A DNA stretch of 64,000 nucleotides from Verrucomicrobiota bacterium (GCA_047947115.1 CP170459.1:928001-992000), one strand, 5' to 3'; counted from the first letter of the stretch, positions 1 through 11,397 are shown. Notes: a model not told the origin generated them from the sequence alone. Program-made: numbers and translations.

Positions 1-3000
1 CTCTCTGATTTCAAGACACCGCTGACACTTTCACCATCCTTGAGATCGACCATCACGGAATCGTATCCCTCGGCGATGCGCCGATTTGGATCGACCATGG
101 ATTCCAGCAAATGTTCCCGGGTCAATTTTTTCGAAGCATCCTTCAGCTTGGGCCCAACATTGCCGCCGTTGTCACCGACGGCATGGCAGCGCATGCAACC
201 CAACTCCTGACGTTCTTCAAAAATGGTCTTTCCCAGTCTCGCGTTTCCGCCATGCAGGGTGGACCGATAAGCGGCCAGCAAATCGTCGTTGGGAAGTGAT
301 CCTTCATACTCTTTCAGTCGGGTTGACAGGGATGACTGCCTGGCCGCCACTGCAGCTTCCATGACATCAAGTTTCAGGTGCTCGTGCAAGGAGCCATCAA
401 CCAGGCGGTCCATCAATGTGTTCAATATATTGAGAGCCTGGGGAGTCTTCAATTTGGAGAGACCTTCAATCGCCGCCTGTCGAACGGGAGTGGATGGATG
501 TTCCAGATCGATTTCCAGAAGTTGCACCGCTTCTTCGGGTTTCAAGAGGGATTGATGCCTGACGGCAGCGGCATGAACAGCATCCGATTGACTGCCGCGT
601 GCAACTCTCAATGCCTCGCCCAGGAGGGGACTTTCCAACTTCACCAACGCTTCAACAGCATCCACCTTGACCGGATCCGACACGGCTTGCTCGCTCAGCA
701 GTTGAATCAAATAAGTGTCCTCACCCTGAATCTGCAGAGCCACCATGGCTTCGATGCATGCCTGCTTGACTGAATCGGGCGCCTGTTTGATGAGTTTGCT
801 CAAGGCAAGTCGAAAGGGCACAGCGGCCGAACGCGGATCGCGTTGCGGCAAAGGTCGCCAAAGCCCGGTAACCAGATCGCGTTGGGGTGGATTGGCCCAC
901 TTGGCAAGATGCGACAATGCCGCGGTTCGAAGGGACTCCTTGGCGGCTTTATCCTGTGCCAGCGAAATCAGGAAAGCGGCGTTCTCGGTTTTTCCCAGCC
1001 GGTATTGCGCATTGATCGCCCGCTTGATGGCAGCGTCTGGCAAATTTGAGCGCTGGATCAATTGAGCCAGTTGTTGTTGGGCCGCGTTGATGGGCACGTC
1101 ATTGATGGCTCGGGCCACCTCCGCCACTACGTCAATGTTCGCATCCTTGAGGAAAACGGAAATTTCCGGACGTTCAAGACGACGCAAAGCCAACACTGCT
1201 CCCATGCGAACCGGGACTTCTGGATGACCAGCCGCTTCTACAAGTCCGGCCAGATCGTTGATATGATAGAGTGCCATGACACAGGCATGGCGAATATAGA
1301 GATCCTGATCTTTGTTGTCTGACAAAACTTTGAAAATCGGTTCGCACTGACGCAGGTTGACCAGAGTTTTGGTTTCTTCACTATGTTGCACCTCCTGAAA
1401 ACCAGCCTGGAGCGTTTTCCATAACCACTTGATCCCAAAAAAACGAACACGCGCATTTCCGTGCTGCATCAAACGAAGATAATCCGCATAATATCCCACC
1501 ACACCTCGATCCCCCAGCACATTGGCCGCCTGAGCAACGATTTCGCTGTCGGAATCCTGGAGCAAGTTCACCAGCAACTTGGCGGTTTCCCTATCTTTGG
1601 CAACCAACTGGCCCAATCCCCAGATAGCATGAAGACGACCCAGCGGATTTTTTCCTTCGGAAGCCACACGGGTCAACTCGTCCATGGCGCTGACGTTAAA
1701 CGCGCCGCTCAAGACTTTGACGACCGAAGAGGCAGGTGGTTCGTAACGCCGCACCAACTCAAACTGAGCTTCCTGCCGTACGCGCATGTCCTGGTGCGAT
1801 AGCAACGGCCCCAGCTCCTTGATGGACTTTTCCTTGAGCCCGCCTCCGATCAGCGCATTGACTTCATTGAGGATCGCAGTGTTGGTTCCCTTGGCCTGCA
1901 CTCGGAAAATACGACCCTTGCCGGTCTTCTCCCAACCCTGGATCCAATCTGCCACATAGACACCCGGCCTGGGCCCAAAGGTGATGTCCACCGGTGAAAG
2001 GCCCCAGAGAAGTTTGCCGTCCATGAAATCCCTGGAATTACTCTCCAGATACTCCTCACCATGGAGTGTTTGGAATCCTGCGCCATCGGGCGCCACCGTG
2101 AAATATCGAATCCCACCGGGAAAATCAGATAGAAAAAAATGGTTCCTGAACCGATCCGGCAAGCCGGTCCCCGGATAGTAGGCAAACCCCGCCGGACCAT
2201 GCCCCACGTAGGCGATGGGCGGTATCAGGTGATTCCCCTCGTTGGTCTCGCGCGTTTCCCACAAGCGTTCGGATTTCCAAGGCCCCATGCCGGGCAACCA
2301 CTGCCATCCGATTCGCCAACCACTGTCCGCTCCCTCGACCAGATATACCAGCCTGGCTTTGTCTCCCCCGTCACCATTGTTGTCGACCGTCCACAAATTT
2401 CCATGAACATCGAACGCTAGTTCCTGAGGATTACGCAACCCCATGGCGAATAACTCCAGCTCCGACCCGTCGGGTCTGCATCGATATACAGCGCCCGTAT
2501 GAGGCACGTCCACCAACGTGGCCCCGTCCTTCTCGACATGTGCTCCCCGGTCGGCTATGGAAAAATACAACCGCCCATCAGGCCCCATGATCAACCCATG
2601 CATGTCATGTCCACCAAAGGCTATATGCACCCCGAATCCATGATGCAACTGACTGCGCTGATCGGCATGGCCATCACGATTGGTATCCCGAAGCAACCAA
2701 AGATCCGGAATACAAGTAAACCAAACACGGTCTCCCCGGGCCAACACACCTGCCGCCACACCAGAGACCAGTGAGTTAAATCCATCGGCAAAGACCTTGG
2801 AAGACTCGGCTACACCGTCTCCATCAGCATCCTCCAGCAGAACAATCCGCTCTGATTCCTCTTCCAGATCTTTCCAGTCAAACACACCGTCCTTGTTGCG
2901 ATCGATGATATACGACTTGGGAATGGAGGGATTTCCTGCCGATAAGTTCTTTTTCAAAAAGTCCGAACGATCCTTCACCGTCTGAAAGGAAAAATCAGCG

Positions 3001-3320
3001 TCCAACCAGTCCGGAAACCGCCGAATATCATAAACCGAAGTGCGACGCCGATGCGACTCCACCACGTAGCAACGTCCGAATTCATCGAAATCCAGGCTGA
3101 CAGGATTGGCCAGCAAAGGTTCCGAAGCATAAATCTCCAATTCAAACCCCTCCGCCACACTAAGATTGGCGGCAGCTTCGACTGCTTCAGGACTAGGACC
3201 GCTGGCTATCACAGGAGCCGGCAATTCGGTTTGGCCCCAAACTGGAAGGACCATGAGGAATGTTCCCAAAAACAAAAATCGGGATCCCCATCGCGGAATA
3301 TTGGTAAACATGGATGGCAT
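1..3320 (-). CDS. PVC-type membrane-bound dehydrogenase / heme c (CxxCH) protein with HEAT-like middle region; 3' end runs off the window
   Basis: Not in the ORF track because it runs off the edge. Manual translation from ATG 3320 gives MPSMFTNIPRWGSRFLFLGTFLMVLPVWGQ...GFELEIYASEPLLANPVSLDFDEFGRCYVVE. An in-frame CMRCH motif lies at about 183-197, followed by GGNVGP. Alternative start at 3338. Confidence 0.85.
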   Translation of the reverse strand, partial: MPSMFTNIPRWGSRFLFLGTFLMVLPVWGQTELPAPVIASGPSPEAVEAAANLSVAEGFELEIYASEPLLANPVSLDFDEFGRCYVVESHRRRTSVYDIRRFPDWLDADFSFQTVKDRSDFLKKNLSAGNPSIPKSYIIDRNKDGVFDWKDLEEESERIVLLEDADGDGVAESSKVFADGFNSLVSGVAAGVLARGDRVWFTCIPDLWLLRDTNRDGHADQRSQLHHGFGVHIAFGGHDMHGLIMGPDGRLYFSIADRGAHVEKDGATLVDVPHTGAVYRCRPDGSELELFAMGLRNPQELAFDVHGNLWTVDNNGDGGDKARLVYLVEGADSGWRIGWQWLPGMGPWKSERLWETRETNEGNHLIPPIAYVGHGPAGFAYYPGTGLPDRFRNHFFLSDFPGGIRYFTVAPDGAGFQTLHGEEYLESNSRDFMDGKLLWGLSPVDITFGPRPGVYVADWIQGWEKTGKGRIFRVQAKGTNTAILNEVNALIGGGLKEKSIKELGPLLSHQDMRVRQEAQFELVRRYEPPASSVVKVLSGAFNVSAMDELTRVASEGKNPLGRLHAIWGLGQLVAKDRETAKLLVNLLQDSDSEIVAQAANVLGDRGVVGYYADYLRLMQHGNARVRFFGIKWLWKTLQAGFQEVQHSEETKTLVNLRQCEPIFKVLSDNKDQDLYIRHACVMALYHINDLAGLVEAAGHPEVPVRMGAVLALRRLERPEISVFLKDANIDVVAEVARAINDVPINAAQQQLAQLIQRSNLPDAAIKRAINAQYRLGKTENAAFLISLAQDKAAKESLRTAALSHLAKWANPPQRDLVTGLWRPLPQRDPRSAAVPFRLALSKLIKQAPDSVKQACIEAMVALQIQGEDTYLIQLLSEQAVSDPVKVDAVEALVKLESPLLGEALRVARGSQSDAVHAAAVRHQSLLKPEEAVQLLEIDLEHPSTPVRQAAIEGLSKLKTPQALNILNTLMDRLVDGSLHEHLKLDVMEAAVAARQSSLSTRLKEYEGSLPNDDLLAAYRSTLHGGNARLGKTIFEERQELGCMRCHAVGDNGGNVGPKLKDASKKLTREHLLESMVDPNRRIAEGYDSVMVDLKDGESVSGVLKSE

Positions 3321-3694
3321 GAAATCTGAACGTTTCATGACTACTACCACCCCCTCGGTACCATTTCAAGAAAGGGGACCTTTTCTATCTGCCAAAAATA
3401 CCATCTTACCCCCAGTCCCCCCGAAGATGAAAAGGCAAAAGCCGACCATCAAGGCATGGTTGAGGACGGACGCGCCCCTTAATCTCCAGCAAGCGTCTCC
3501 GCCACCTGCTGACCAAACTCGAGCTGGAAGTTCCTTTCACGATTCGCCTGGGCTTCAAGTTTCTCTCTCGAAGGCAAGGGTTCCGTTGCGTTGAGTTCAT
3601 CCGAAGCAAAGGTTGACCTGGTAAACATTTCATATGGCTGATGTGAGATTGATTCCTTGCTTCAATGTGGGGCGTTTCTTACTATCATGGCGTT

Positions 3695-4996
3695 ATGCAA
3701 CCCATTCAGCTACTCCAGAGAGGAGTCTTGGCAGGATGCCTGCTGTGTTCAACAGTGGCGGTTTTGAAGGCACAGCCTTTGGTGATCAACTACGATGAAG
3801 CCAAAGTGCCCCGCTTCACTTTACCAGATCCTTTGACCACGCAGGACGGAATCCAGGTCACCACCCCTTCCGCGTGGAAGGGCATCCGACGCCCGGAAAT
3901 CCTGTCCTTGCTGACAAGGGAGATGTTTGGAGAGGCGCCTGGTAGCCCGGAGAGCATGCAGTTCAAGGTGGAATCCGAGTCGGTCGACGCATTGGACGGA
4001 TTAGCCCGCCGCAAGGAGGTCACGGTCCATCTGGAAGGAACAGCGGATACCGCAGGAGTGGATATAGACGTCCTGATCTACCTGCCGGCCAAAGCAGAAA
4101 AGCCCTCGCCGGTATTTCTCGGACTTAATTTTGCCGGGAACCACTCCATCCAAAACGATCCGGACATCACTCTTTCCAAATCATGGATGCGCAGTAATCC
4201 TCAAAATGGCATCGTGGATCACCAAGCCACCGAGGCATCCAGGGGAAGCGGTTCCAGTCGTTGGCCGGTGGAAACAATCCTCAAACGCGGCTACGGGGTG
4301 GTAACCGCCTACTATGGAGACATTGATCCGGATTTTGACGACGGCTGGCAAAACGGGGTGCACCCCTTGTTTTATCGGGACTCCCAAAAGACACCAGAAT
4401 CACATCAATGGGGATCCATTGCAGCCTGGGCATGGGGATTGAGCCGCATCATGGACTACCTCCAGACGGATCATGATATCGCCGGCAATAAGGTATCGGT
4501 GCTGGGACACTCTAGGTTGGGAAAGACTTCCTTGTGGGCAGGAGCTACAGACGAACGATTTGCACTGGTCATCTCCAACAACTCGGGATGTGGAGGAGCA
4601 GCACTTAGCAAACGTGCTTATGGAGAAACAATTCGGCGCATCAATTCCTCATTTCCACACTGGTTCTGCGACAATTTTACCTATTACAACGACCGTGAAC
4701 ACCTCCTGCCATTCGATCAACACTATTTGATCGCCCTGCTGGCCCCCCGCCCAGTGTATATCGCAAGTGCCCAGGAAGATCGGTGGGCGGACCCGAAAGG
4801 CGAATTCTTGTCTGGTGTTTATGCCGACCCGGTTTATCGCCTACTTGGCAAAAAGGGTATTTCTGCGCGGGAGATGCCGGAGATCAATGAATCCGTGGGA
4901 GACACCATCCGCTACCATATTAGAACAGGCAAGCACGATGTCACGGACTTTGACTGGGAGCAATATATGAACTTTGCCGACCAGCATCTGAAGTGA
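3695..4996 (+). CDS. Glucuronyl esterase-like (CE15) alpha/beta hydrolase, secreted
   Basis: Signal peptide, NYDEAKVP..TLPDPL, WGSIAAWAWG, catalytic GHSRLGK, ALLAPRP, HDVT. ORF track start is 3665; MQPIQ at 3695 is preferred. Confidence 0.85.
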   Translation: MQPIQLLQRGVLAGCLLCSTVAVLKAQPLVINYDEAKVPRFTLPDPLTTQDGIQVTTPSAWKGIRRPEILSLLTREMFGEAPGSPESMQFKVESESVDALDGLARRKEVTVHLEGTADTAGVDIDVLIYLPAKAEKPSPVFLGLNFAGNHSIQNDPDITLSKSWMRSNPQNGIVDHQATEASRGSGSSRWPVETILKRGYGVVTAYYGDIDPDFDDGWQNGVHPLFYRDSQKTPESHQWGSIAAWAWGLSRIMDYLQTDHDIAGNKVSVLGHSRLGKTSLWAGATDERFALVISNNSGCGGAALSKRAYGETIRRINSSFPHWFCDNFTYYNDREHLLPFDQHYLIALLAPRPVYIASAQEDRWADPKGEFLSGVYADPVYRLLGKKGISAREMPEINESVGDTIRYHIRTGKHDVTDFDWEQYMNFADQHLK

Positions 4997-5225
4997 ACCA
5001 TCAAAACCCGTACCCGTTGACTCCACTTGCAGGCTTTAAATTGGCAATCAAAGCTTGAACTAACCCGGAGGATGCACTAACGTCTGAGGCGCAGTAAAGA
5101 ACTCCACTTACAACATTCCGGGAAAATAGCCGGATAAGTGGAATATGATTGACATTAACCAAAAGATTTGCAAGCTGGTGTGAAATCGATAAGTTAGAGT
5201 TCACATCGATATTGTAGGAGCATTT

Positions 5226-5939
5226 ATGATGAATAAGACTGGTATCCAATCGAAACTCCTTCTGACAGCGGTTGCGCTGCTCACACTGGGTTTTTACACG
5301 TCCGCCTACGGGGAAACAGGTAGTGCCACCATCACCGGTGTTAAAGGTGGGGGATCATTTGATAATGGCAGCGGCAGTCAGGCCATTGTGAAAGGCGCAA
5401 AGATTGCACCTGGCGCAACCATTTCCACAACACCTGATTCCGCCATTACCATGGATCTTGGAGCCGCAGGTTCCATCGAAGTCCAGGGCGGCACGACCTT
5501 GGTGATCGAACGCTTGAACTCAGAACGCAGCGGGGGCGGAACTATTATTGATGTCCAGTTGGACTTGAGAACCGGTTCGTTGACTGGTGCGGTGAGCAAA
5601 TTCTCCTCACCTTTGTCCAAATACGAAATCAAGGTTCCTACCGGTGTAGTGGGCATCGATGCAACCGAAGGCCCTGCAAGCTTTTTCATCAGTGCTCCGG
5701 ATGACATCAACATCATCTCCGGTTCCAGTGTGTTTGTTTATACACGCGATGGAGTTGTTCGCAGTGTGCGTGTCGGAGGCAACCAAATGTTTAACAGCAA
5801 CACAGGTACTGCCGTGGTCATTCCACCAGCCAAGTTGGGTACTCTGCCAAATCCACCAACACCTCCAGTGCCACCCCAAGTGGTGCAGGCAGCGCCCACG
5901 CCGTTCAACTTCTTCATCTCACCTGCCAAAGGTGAATAA
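5226..5939 (+). CDS. Secreted FecR-domain-like protein with Pro-rich C-terminus
   Basis: Signal peptide; LRTGSLTGAV...YEIKVPTGVVGI resembles the FecR domain. Confidence 0.6.
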   Translation: MMNKTGIQSKLLLTAVALLTLGFYTSAYGETGSATITGVKGGGSFDNGSGSQAIVKGAKIAPGATISTTPDSAITMDLGAAGSIEVQGGTTLVIERLNSERSGGGTIIDVQLDLRTGSLTGAVSKFSSPLSKYEIKVPTGVVGIDATEGPASFFISAPDDINIISGSSVFVYTRDGVVRSVRVGGNQMFNSNTGTAVVIPPAKLGTLPNPPTPPVPPQVVQAAPTPFNFFISPAKGE

Positions 5940-5966
5940 TAAGATTTTATAAATATCAATTTCGCG

Positions 5967-5998
5967 AGCCCTTTGGTCCAACCAAAGGGCTTTTTTTT
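5967..5998 (+). terminator. Rho-independent terminator
   Basis: AGCCCTTTGGT-cca-ACCAAAGGGCT followed by a T run, 28 bp after the stop. Confidence 0.9.
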
Positions 5999-6034
5999 GC
6001 CTCGAAACCCTCGTTAAGATCCATTACTTGAGAA

Positions 6035-6640
6035 ATGATCATCGATTTCACCCAACTAAGCTCGAGTGAGATTTATCACACCATGACCCAAACGATAATC
6101 CCAAGACCCATTGCCTGGGTGATCAGTGATCATGGAAACGGTCAATTAAACCTGGCGCCGTTCTCATATTTCAGCGCCGTCTCCAGCAATCCGCCTATAC
6201 TATCCCTTTCCGTTGGGTTAAAGCGGGATGGAAGCAAGAAGGACACCTGGCGAAATATCGAGGAACGATCACATTTTGTTGTGCAGATTCCCAAAGTTGA
6301 AGATGTGGACTCCGTATTGCGATCTGCAGAACCCCTCGAACATGGTGAGTCGGAAATCGAACTATGCCACCTGGAACTGGCTGATTTTGAAGGGTCTCCC
6401 CTGCCACGACTCAAAAGAGCTCCCATTGCCTTTTGTTGCGAAAAACACTCAATCATTCCAATAGGCAACGGACCTCAGGGATTGGTCCTGGGTGAAATAC
6501 GCAGTATTTATCTGGACGATCAAGTGGCCATACTTACTCCGGATTCCCCCATTCCCCAAGTTTCAGCCGAGGCCATCAACCCTTTGGCCCGACTCGGCAG
6601 CACAGGAGGTTTTGCCAAAATCGAAACCATCAAAAGGTAG
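6035..6640 (+). CDS. Flavin reductase family protein (DIM6/NTAB-like)
   Basis: IIPRPIAW, NLAPFSYF, KDTWRNI, PLARLG motifs. Confidence 0.9.
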   Translation: MIIDFTQLSSSEIYHTMTQTIIPRPIAWVISDHGNGQLNLAPFSYFSAVSSNPPILSLSVGLKRDGSKKDTWRNIEERSHFVVQIPKVEDVDSVLRSAEPLEHGESEIELCHLELADFEGSPLPRLKRAPIAFCCEKHSIIPIGNGPQGLVLGEIRSIYLDDQVAILTPDSPIPQVSAEAINPLARLGSTGGFAKIETIKR

Positions 6641-6782
6641 AACGTGGCGTCCCGCGCACCCCTTGTGGTACCCTTGAGCATCCATTGGTGCCCAATTGGG
6701 GAAGCCTGCGATATCCGATCACCCCACACCCGCATCGCTTTCGCTCGCGGGCGGACCGAGAGGGTCCAATCTATCAGATCAT

Positions 6783-7838
6783 TCAACCCCGCCGCTTTTG
6801 GACAGCTTTCGCCAAGGTTTCCAAAACAGGTTCGGTCTGCTCCCATGACATGCACGCATCGGTGATACTCTTTCCATAGACTGCCGAACCATCTGGTTTA
6901 TAAGACTGACTTCCTTCCACAAGATGGCTTTCCAGCATCACGCCGGACACAGCTTCTGAGCCCCCGGCAATCTGGTCCGCCACACTTTGAGCGGCCAAGG
7001 GTTGTTTTTTATGGTCCTTGGAAGAGTTGCCATGACTGCAATCAACCATCACGCTGGGGTGCAATTGACTCTTTGTGAGTGCTTCACACACAGCCCCAAC
7101 GCTATTCGCATCGAAATTGGGCCCAAGTTTGGATCCACGCAAAATCAGATGACAAGAATCGTTACCTTTGGTCTGAACAATGGCGGCAACACCTTCCTTG
7201 GTGACGGACAGGAAATGGTGCGGTTGGCGAGAGGCGCTGACGGCATCAATAGCAATTTGCACATTGCCATCAGTGCCATTCTTAAAACCTACCGGCATGG
7301 ACAATCCGGATGCCAACTCACGATGCACCTGACTTTCAGTCGTGCGAGCCCCAATCGCACCCCAGGAGATCAGGTCCGCAATGAATTGTGGCACAATGGT
7401 ATCAAGAAACTCAGTGGCAGAGGGAAGCCCCATCTCCGCCAATTCCTGAAGCAGTTTCCTGGCCTGGCGAAGTCCCTTGTTGATTCGAAAACTGTTGTCA
7501 ATGTCCGGATCATTGATCAACCCCTTCCACCCAACCGTGGTGCGGGGTTTTTCGAAATACACACGCATGAAGATGCTCAGGTCCTGCTTGTATCGCTCTC
7601 TGGCTTCAGCGAGTTTGTGCGCATATTCAATGGCGGCACCGGTATCGTGGATGGAACAGGGTCCGGCAATCACCAGTAAGCGATCGCTCTTGCCTCGAAT
7701 AATCTGTTCGGCCTCCCAACGTGCCTCGGAAACGGTCGTGGCGGCCTTTTCCGTCATAGGGATTTCTTCCAGTAAAATCGCAGGCGACAGCAACGGGTGC
7801 AGCGATTGAATCCTTAAATCATCAGTATCCTTTATCAT
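6783..7838 (-). CDS. aroG: 3-deoxy-7-phosphoheptulonate (DAHP) synthase, class I
   Basis: GPCSIHD, RVYFEKPRTTVGWKG, IGARTTESQVHR, DCSHGNS. Feedback specificity (aroF/G/H) cannot be determined. Confidence 0.95.
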   Translation of the reverse strand: MIKDTDDLRIQSLHPLLSPAILLEEIPMTEKAATTVSEARWEAEQIIRGKSDRLLVIAGPCSIHDTGAAIEYAHKLAEARERYKQDLSIFMRVYFEKPRTTVGWKGLINDPDIDNSFRINKGLRQARKLLQELAEMGLPSATEFLDTIVPQFIADLISWGAIGARTTESQVHRELASGLSMPVGFKNGTDGNVQIAIDAVSASRQPHHFLSVTKEGVAAIVQTKGNDSCHLILRGSKLGPNFDANSVGAVCEALTKSQLHPSVMVDCSHGNSSKDHKKQPLAAQSVADQIAGGSEAVSGVMLESHLVEGSQSYKPDGSAVYGKSITDACMSWEQTEPVLETLAKAVQKRRG

Positions 7839-8053
7839 ACGTCCTCAGAGGGGAGTATTATAAGGTTCTGATCACCCGTGCAAAGTCTGACTTGGAAAAA
7901 TTTTCCATTTTGGCAGCCCCGACTAAAGGGAAGCCAAAGGAATAACAAAAAAGTTTAGTGGACTTTTCACTCGTCAAAGTCGTTTCACATGGGATAGGTT
8001 GATTCAACGATTGGCGAGGGAGTCGTCGTATTTTCTTCCTGCCTTGTGAAGGC

Positions 8054-10468
8054 ATGCATTTGGATCAAGACATCATCGATATTCTCAAGATCAAGGCTTC
8101 CTCCAAGAACGGAGGATCACCTAAGGATCGAACACCCCCCTCACTTCCTGAACAACTGCCCATTCTAGGCTTGTCAGACATTGTCATCTTCCCGGGCATG
8201 GTCGCGCCATTGTTGATTGAATCGACTTCGAGTTCGGATTTGATTGATGCAGTGGTTTCTGGCGACCGCCTGATTGGCCTGGTACTGCAAACCTCGCCGG
8301 TGGATGACCCGGAACCTAAGGATCTTTACAGCTATGGCTGTCTGGCTCGAGTCCAGAAGATGGTGAAGCAACCCAACCAGAATGTTCGAATCCTGATTGA
8401 GGGGCTTAAACGCACTCGGATATTAGGATACGAAAAGACCAGTCCATATCTGCTGGCCAGAGTGGAATACCTTCACGAGCCCAAGGAAATTTCGGAAGAA
8501 ACCACATCCCTGGCACGCACCGCCAAGAAGTTGTTTCAGGAGGTTTTGAAACATTCCTCCACCATGGGAGATCAGATTAAATCCACCATCTTGAACATGG
8601 AAGATCCCGAGAAGCTTTCGGACTTGATCGGGGCCAATCTCAATCTGGACCTTTCTGAACACCAGCAACTGCTTGAAACCCACATCGTTGCGGAACGACT
8701 CAAAACCTTGCTTCCCCTGCTCCAGCGCGAACTCGAACTCCAGTCCATCGGAGCACGCATTCAGAAGGAAACTTCATCTTCCATTTCAAAAAGTCAGCGG
8801 AATTTTTACCTGAAGGAGCAGCTTAGAATCATCCAGCGCGAATTGGGCGAAGAGGATCCGGCATCCAGGGAGATCAACACTCTGCGAGAAGCCATCGAAG
8901 CCAGCGGCATGCCTCCCGAAACACAGGAAATGGCACTGAAGGAACTCGAACGCTTGAAATCCATCCCGGCCTCGCTTCCCGAATACACGGTCTCCAGACA
9001 TTATGTGGAATGGCTGGCCTCCCTACCCTGGAATAAAAGTGTCGAACATCACTTGGATCTGGCGGAAGCATCACGCATTCTGGACAAGGAACATTTCGGA
9101 CTCAAAAAGGTCAAAGACCGGTTGCTGGAACACCTCGCCGTCATGAAGCTGCGGAGCAGCATACGAGGACCGATTCTTTGTCTCGTGGGACCACCTGGTG
9201 TGGGAAAAACATCTCTGGGACGCAGCATGGCCGAATCATTGGGACGTCCCTTCGCGCGCATCGCACTGGGAGGCGTCCGTGATGAAGCGGAAATTCGTGG
9301 TCACCGCCGGACCTATGTGGGATCCATGCCGGGCAGGATTCTGCAAACCTTAAAGCGTCTGAAAGCCAGAAACCCGCTGATTTTGCTGGATGAGATCGAC
9401 AAGCTTGGTTCCGATTTCCGTGGTGATCCCGCTTCAGCCTTGTTGGAAGTACTGGATCCTCAGCAAAACAAGCATTTCAGCGATCACTACCTTGAAGTCC
9501 CTTTTGACTTGAGCGATATCCTGTTCATCACCACTGCGAACTGGTTGGACCCGGTGCATCCGGCGCTTCGAGATCGCCTGGAAGTGATCGAACTGCCCAG
9601 CTACACGACTACGGAGAAAATTGAAATCACCCGACATCACCTGTTGCCCAGGCAACTGGAAGATCACGGGATGAAAGCCAATCAATTCAAGCTCCCCACA
9701 AAAAGCATTCGGCATTTGATTGAACTTTACACCAGAGAAGCAGGCGTTCGGCAATTGGAGCGAACGGTTGCATCCGTCCTGCGCAAGGCAGCCCGCGAAC
9801 AGCTGGAGTCCACGGAATCCAAGGGGGCAACCACTGTTGACGAAGCGTGGATCGAGAAACAACTCGGCATGCCCAAGTATCCGGCGCCCGACCATGAAAC
9901 CATTGACGAGTGCGGGATTGCGGTGGGATTGGCCTGGACGCCCAGTGGTGGTGAAATCCTGTTTCTGGAAGCCACTTCACTTCCGGGTAAAGGCAAATTG
10001 ATACTGACGGGTTCACTGGGGGATGTGATGAAGGAAAGCGCTCAGGCAGCGTTGACACATCTTCGATCCCAAGCGGGCCAAATGAAGTTGAAGCTGCCGC
10101 CGATGGACAACCTCGACATTCATATTCACGTTCCGGCCGGAGCCACCCCCAAAGATGGTCCGAGCGCAGGTATCGCCATCTTTGCCGCGCTCGCATCGAT
10201 GTTCATTGGCAAACCCCTGTCCTCCCGCCTGGCCATGACCGGAGAAATCAGCCTCCGAGGCAGAGTCCTGCCAGTTGGTGGAATCAAGGAAAAACTACTC
10301 GCAGCGGCACGCAGTGGCATGCGTGAAATCATTCTTCCCGAAGCAAACAAAAAGGATTGGGTGGAAGCGCCGCCTGAGATTCGAAAGAAATTGAACATCC
10401 ATTGGGTCCGCCACGTCGAAGAAATGATGCCGGTGCTTTTCAAATCAAAACCGGCTGGAAAGAAATAA
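8054..10468 (+). CDS. lon: ATP-dependent Lon protease (endopeptidase La)
   Basis: LON N-domain, Walker A GPPGVGKT, Walker B LLDEIDK, catalytic PKDGPSAG, VGGIKEK. Confidence 0.97.
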   Translation: MHLDQDIIDILKIKASSKNGGSPKDRTPPSLPEQLPILGLSDIVIFPGMVAPLLIESTSSSDLIDAVVSGDRLIGLVLQTSPVDDPEPKDLYSYGCLARVQKMVKQPNQNVRILIEGLKRTRILGYEKTSPYLLARVEYLHEPKEISEETTSLARTAKKLFQEVLKHSSTMGDQIKSTILNMEDPEKLSDLIGANLNLDLSEHQQLLETHIVAERLKTLLPLLQRELELQSIGARIQKETSSSISKSQRNFYLKEQLRIIQRELGEEDPASREINTLREAIEASGMPPETQEMALKELERLKSIPASLPEYTVSRHYVEWLASLPWNKSVEHHLDLAEASRILDKEHFGLKKVKDRLLEHLAVMKLRSSIRGPILCLVGPPGVGKTSLGRSMAESLGRPFARIALGGVRDEAEIRGHRRTYVGSMPGRILQTLKRLKARNPLILLDEIDKLGSDFRGDPASALLEVLDPQQNKHFSDHYLEVPFDLSDILFITTANWLDPVHPALRDRLEVIELPSYTTTEKIEITRHHLLPRQLEDHGMKANQFKLPTKSIRHLIELYTREAGVRQLERTVASVLRKAAREQLESTESKGATTVDEAWIEKQLGMPKYPAPDHETIDECGIAVGLAWTPSGGEILFLEATSLPGKGKLILTGSLGDVMKESAQAALTHLRSQAGQMKLKLPPMDNLDIHIHVPAGATPKDGPSAGIAIFAALASMFIGKPLSSRLAMTGEISLRGRVLPVGGIKEKLLAAARSGMREIILPEANKKDWVEAPPEIRKKLNIHWVRHVEEMMPVLFKSKPAGKK

Positions 10469-10486
10469 TCCAACCGCTTGCGTATC

Positions 10487-11257
10487 ATGAAAATCATTTT
10501 GCCGAACTTGGCATTGCTGTGTGCCGCCATGTTGCTCCTTCCCTCAAAAGGCATGCTCGCCGACCCCATTCAGGATGGCCAATCCCTGGCCGCTGAACTG
10601 CGAGCACTCCAAATTGGGATTCCCGGTGATATTTCCGCAACACTCAAAATCAGAAAGAGCGGAGGAGAGCGTGTCCAACGGCAGGTCCAGAAACAATCCA
10701 TCCAAACAGAGCAGGGCTGGAATGATCTGTTCAGTGTGGCGACCGATGATCAAAGCAACACGGAGTGGCTCCTGATTCGGCACCGCAATGGGGAATCACC
10801 AAGCTATCAAATGGCAAATTCCGAATCGATCCCTATGTCCAACGAGGATTATCAACCTTTGGTCAAGGATGCAGCGATGACACCCGTCGGTGGCAGTGAT
10901 TTCTGGGTGGCAGATCTTGGATTGGATTTTTTACACTGGCCTGACCAGCGTATCGTTCCTTCCCGAATCACCATGCGAAAAGGAGTCGCCTGCAAGGTGC
11001 TCGAAAGTGCCCGTCCCACCCAATCTGAAAATGGATACTATAAGGTCCGTTCATGGATTTCTTCTGAATACGGTGGTGTCGTCTATGCCGAAGCATTTGA
11101 TACCGCCGGCCAAAAAATCAAAATTTTCGAAGTGAACGACGTGGAGAAAATAGACGGACAATGGTACCTGAAAGAGTTGAGAATCCGCAACCTGCGTGAC
11201 CGCTCGACTTCCACGCTGGAATTCAACAATTCCGGACAATCTCTGAGCAATCAGTGA
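10487..11257 (+). CDS. Outer-membrane lipoprotein-sorting (LolA-like) family protein
   Basis: Signal peptide; GGSDFWVADL, GVACKVLES, YYKVRSWI, KIDGQW pattern. Start is 10478 or 10487. Confidence 0.7.
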   Translation: MKIILPNLALLCAAMLLLPSKGMLADPIQDGQSLAAELRALQIGIPGDISATLKIRKSGGERVQRQVQKQSIQTEQGWNDLFSVATDDQSNTEWLLIRHRNGESPSYQMANSESIPMSNEDYQPLVKDAAMTPVGGSDFWVADLGLDFLHWPDQRIVPSRITMRKGVACKVLESARPTQSENGYYKVRSWISSEYGGVVYAEAFDTAGQKIKIFEVNDVEKIDGQWYLKELRIRNLRDRSTSTLEFNNSGQSLSNQ

Positions 11258-11397
11258 TAAACTCTTCATTGTAACAACGGTTCCAAAGGGCTATCATGAC
11301 TCCAGCCCTTGGAACCAGGGGATGGTTTCCTGTGGCGATGCGGCTTGTATCACGCAGAAGGGCGGAAGGGTGTTTACAACAAACCATCAAGGTTACC

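Noticed and set aside
86..3329. Many short plus- and minus-strand ORFs at the window start
   Set aside because: All are shadows of the single long minus-strand CDS that runs off the left edge
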